Shown here piece by piece: positions 1 to 315 of a DNA stretch of 315 nt. Under the pieces are notes generated by a model. That model made no database searches. It worked only from the letters and a program-made list of their open reading frames with translations, and was not told the origin of the DNA. Source of the stretch: Escherichia coli (GTDB taxonomy: Bacteria; Pseudomonadota; Gammaproteobacteria; Enterobacterales; Enterobacteriaceae); NCBI RefSeq assembly GCF_003334335.1, contig NZ_QOWQ01000221.1. One strand, 5' to 3'. The translations under genes were made by a program, and so were the position numbers. Numbering within the stretch: the first letter of the stretch is position 1; the number at the start of each line of letters is the position of its first letter.

Positions 1-315
1 TCTACTTCCTCTTCACCGACAAGGATGGCGAAAAATACGGTCGCGCAAACAAACTTTCTGGTCTGGATAAGGCGCTGGCTGCCGGGGCAACTGAAATCAC
101 GAAAGAAGAATATTTTGCCCGCAAAAACGGCACATACACAGGTTCACAACAAAATACTGATGCATCTGACACGACCGCACAACCAGACCTGGTAAAAGTT
201 ACCGCTGACGAAGTAAACAAAATTATGCAGGCAGCCAGTATCAGCCAGCCTGACGCCGATAAGTTGCTTGCTGCCTCTCGCGGAGAATTTGTTGCAGGGA
301 TTAGCGACCCGAATG
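1..315 (+). CDS. Internal fragment of a protein-coding gene, partial at both ends (codons begin at position 3; 104 complete codons, 3..314). Product: hypothetical soluble protein, function undetermined.
   Basis: Seen in sequence: the frame starting at position 3 has no stop codon across all 104 codons. About 43 of 104 codons begin with G (hand count: GCN/GAN/GGN/GTN), the periodicity expected of a true sense frame. Codon choice fits enterobacterial usage (ctg, ccg, gcg, cgc, aaa, gaa, acc, ggt), with no aga/agg/ata/cga/cta. The translation has a normal soluble-protein composition. Positions 1-2 (tc) and 315 (g) cannot complete a stop codon, so the ORF necessarily runs beyond both window edges. 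The only in-frame ATG (225-227) has no Shine-Dalgarno-like sequence upstream and is read as an internal Met. Product identity not recognised from memory; no homology search was possible. Confidence 0.8.

Noticed and set aside
21-27. Shine-Dalgarno-like aagga immediately upstream of the ATG at 25-27.
   Set aside because: The purine-rich stretch directly abuts and overlaps the ATG, leaving no spacer (functional spacing is roughly 5-9 nt), and the downstream frame is rejected above. It is simply the codons AAG-GAT-GGC of the main frame.
25-195. A + strand alternative-frame ORF from ATG at 25-27 to TAA at 193-195 (about 56 aa, MAKNTVAQTNFLVWIRRWLPGQ...).
   Set aside because: It overlaps the main frame in a +1 register, contains rare codons (ata, agg, cga), and encodes an Arg/Trp/His-rich peptide of unnatural composition. 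It lacks the G-at-position-1 periodicity and is too short to be significant by chance statistics.
2-220. The 72-aa minus-strand ORF from the supplied track (MFTSSAVTFTRSGC...SLSVKRK), starting at TTG (218-220) and ending at TAG (reverse complement of 2-4). This minus frame is in fact open all the way from the 3' window edge.
   Set aside because: It is exactly antisense to the strongly supported + strand frame. Its translation is Ser/Val/Phe/Cys-rich, typical of antisense shadow ORFs. It uses codons rare in enterobacteria (ata, cga, tta, cta), and its third codon positions are C-rich, the mirror of G-rich first positions on the + strand. It needs a non-ATG start. Long open antisense frames are common opposite genes that avoid TTA/CTA/TCA codons.
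228-252. Short inverted repeat caggc (228-232) ... gcctg (248-252) that could form a 5-bp stem.
   Set aside because: The stem is too short, the loop is about 15 nt, and no T-run follows. It lies inside the coding frame (QAASISQPD) and is explained by codon content; there is no support for a terminator or regulatory hairpin.
1-315. Possible identity as a phage or prophage structural or scaffolding-type protein, which came to mind from the Ala/Lys/Asp-rich helical character and enterobacterial codon usage.
   Set aside because: I could not match the sequence to any specific phage or host protein from memory. Composition alone is not diagnostic, and naming a family without a homology search would be invention.

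Overview
The whole 315-bp window appears to be coding sequence: an internal fragment of a single protein-coding gene on the + strand, read in the frame whose codons begin at position 3 (104 complete codons, 3..314). There is no start or stop codon in this frame inside the window, so the gene continues past both edges. Hand-counted G+C is about 155/315 (~49%), and codon choice looks enterobacterial. The translation is YFLFTDKDGEKYGRANKLSGLDKALAAGATEITKEEYFARKNGTYTGSQQNTDASDTTAQPDLVKVTADEVNKIMQAASISQPDADKLLAASRGEFVAGISDPN. It is hydrophilic and rich in Ala/Asp/Lys/Thr/Glu, with no Cys, His or Trp, no transmembrane-like stretch, and no catalytic or nucleotide-binding motif I can recognise. I cannot assign it to a named family from memory, so the product is called hypothetical. 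The 72-aa minus-strand ORF in the supplied track is best explained as the antisense shadow of this gene. I can support no RNA gene, CRISPR array, mobile-element end, promoter or terminator here. Nothing in this window alone shows a novel system; whether this gene belongs to one can only be judged from its full length and its neighbours.
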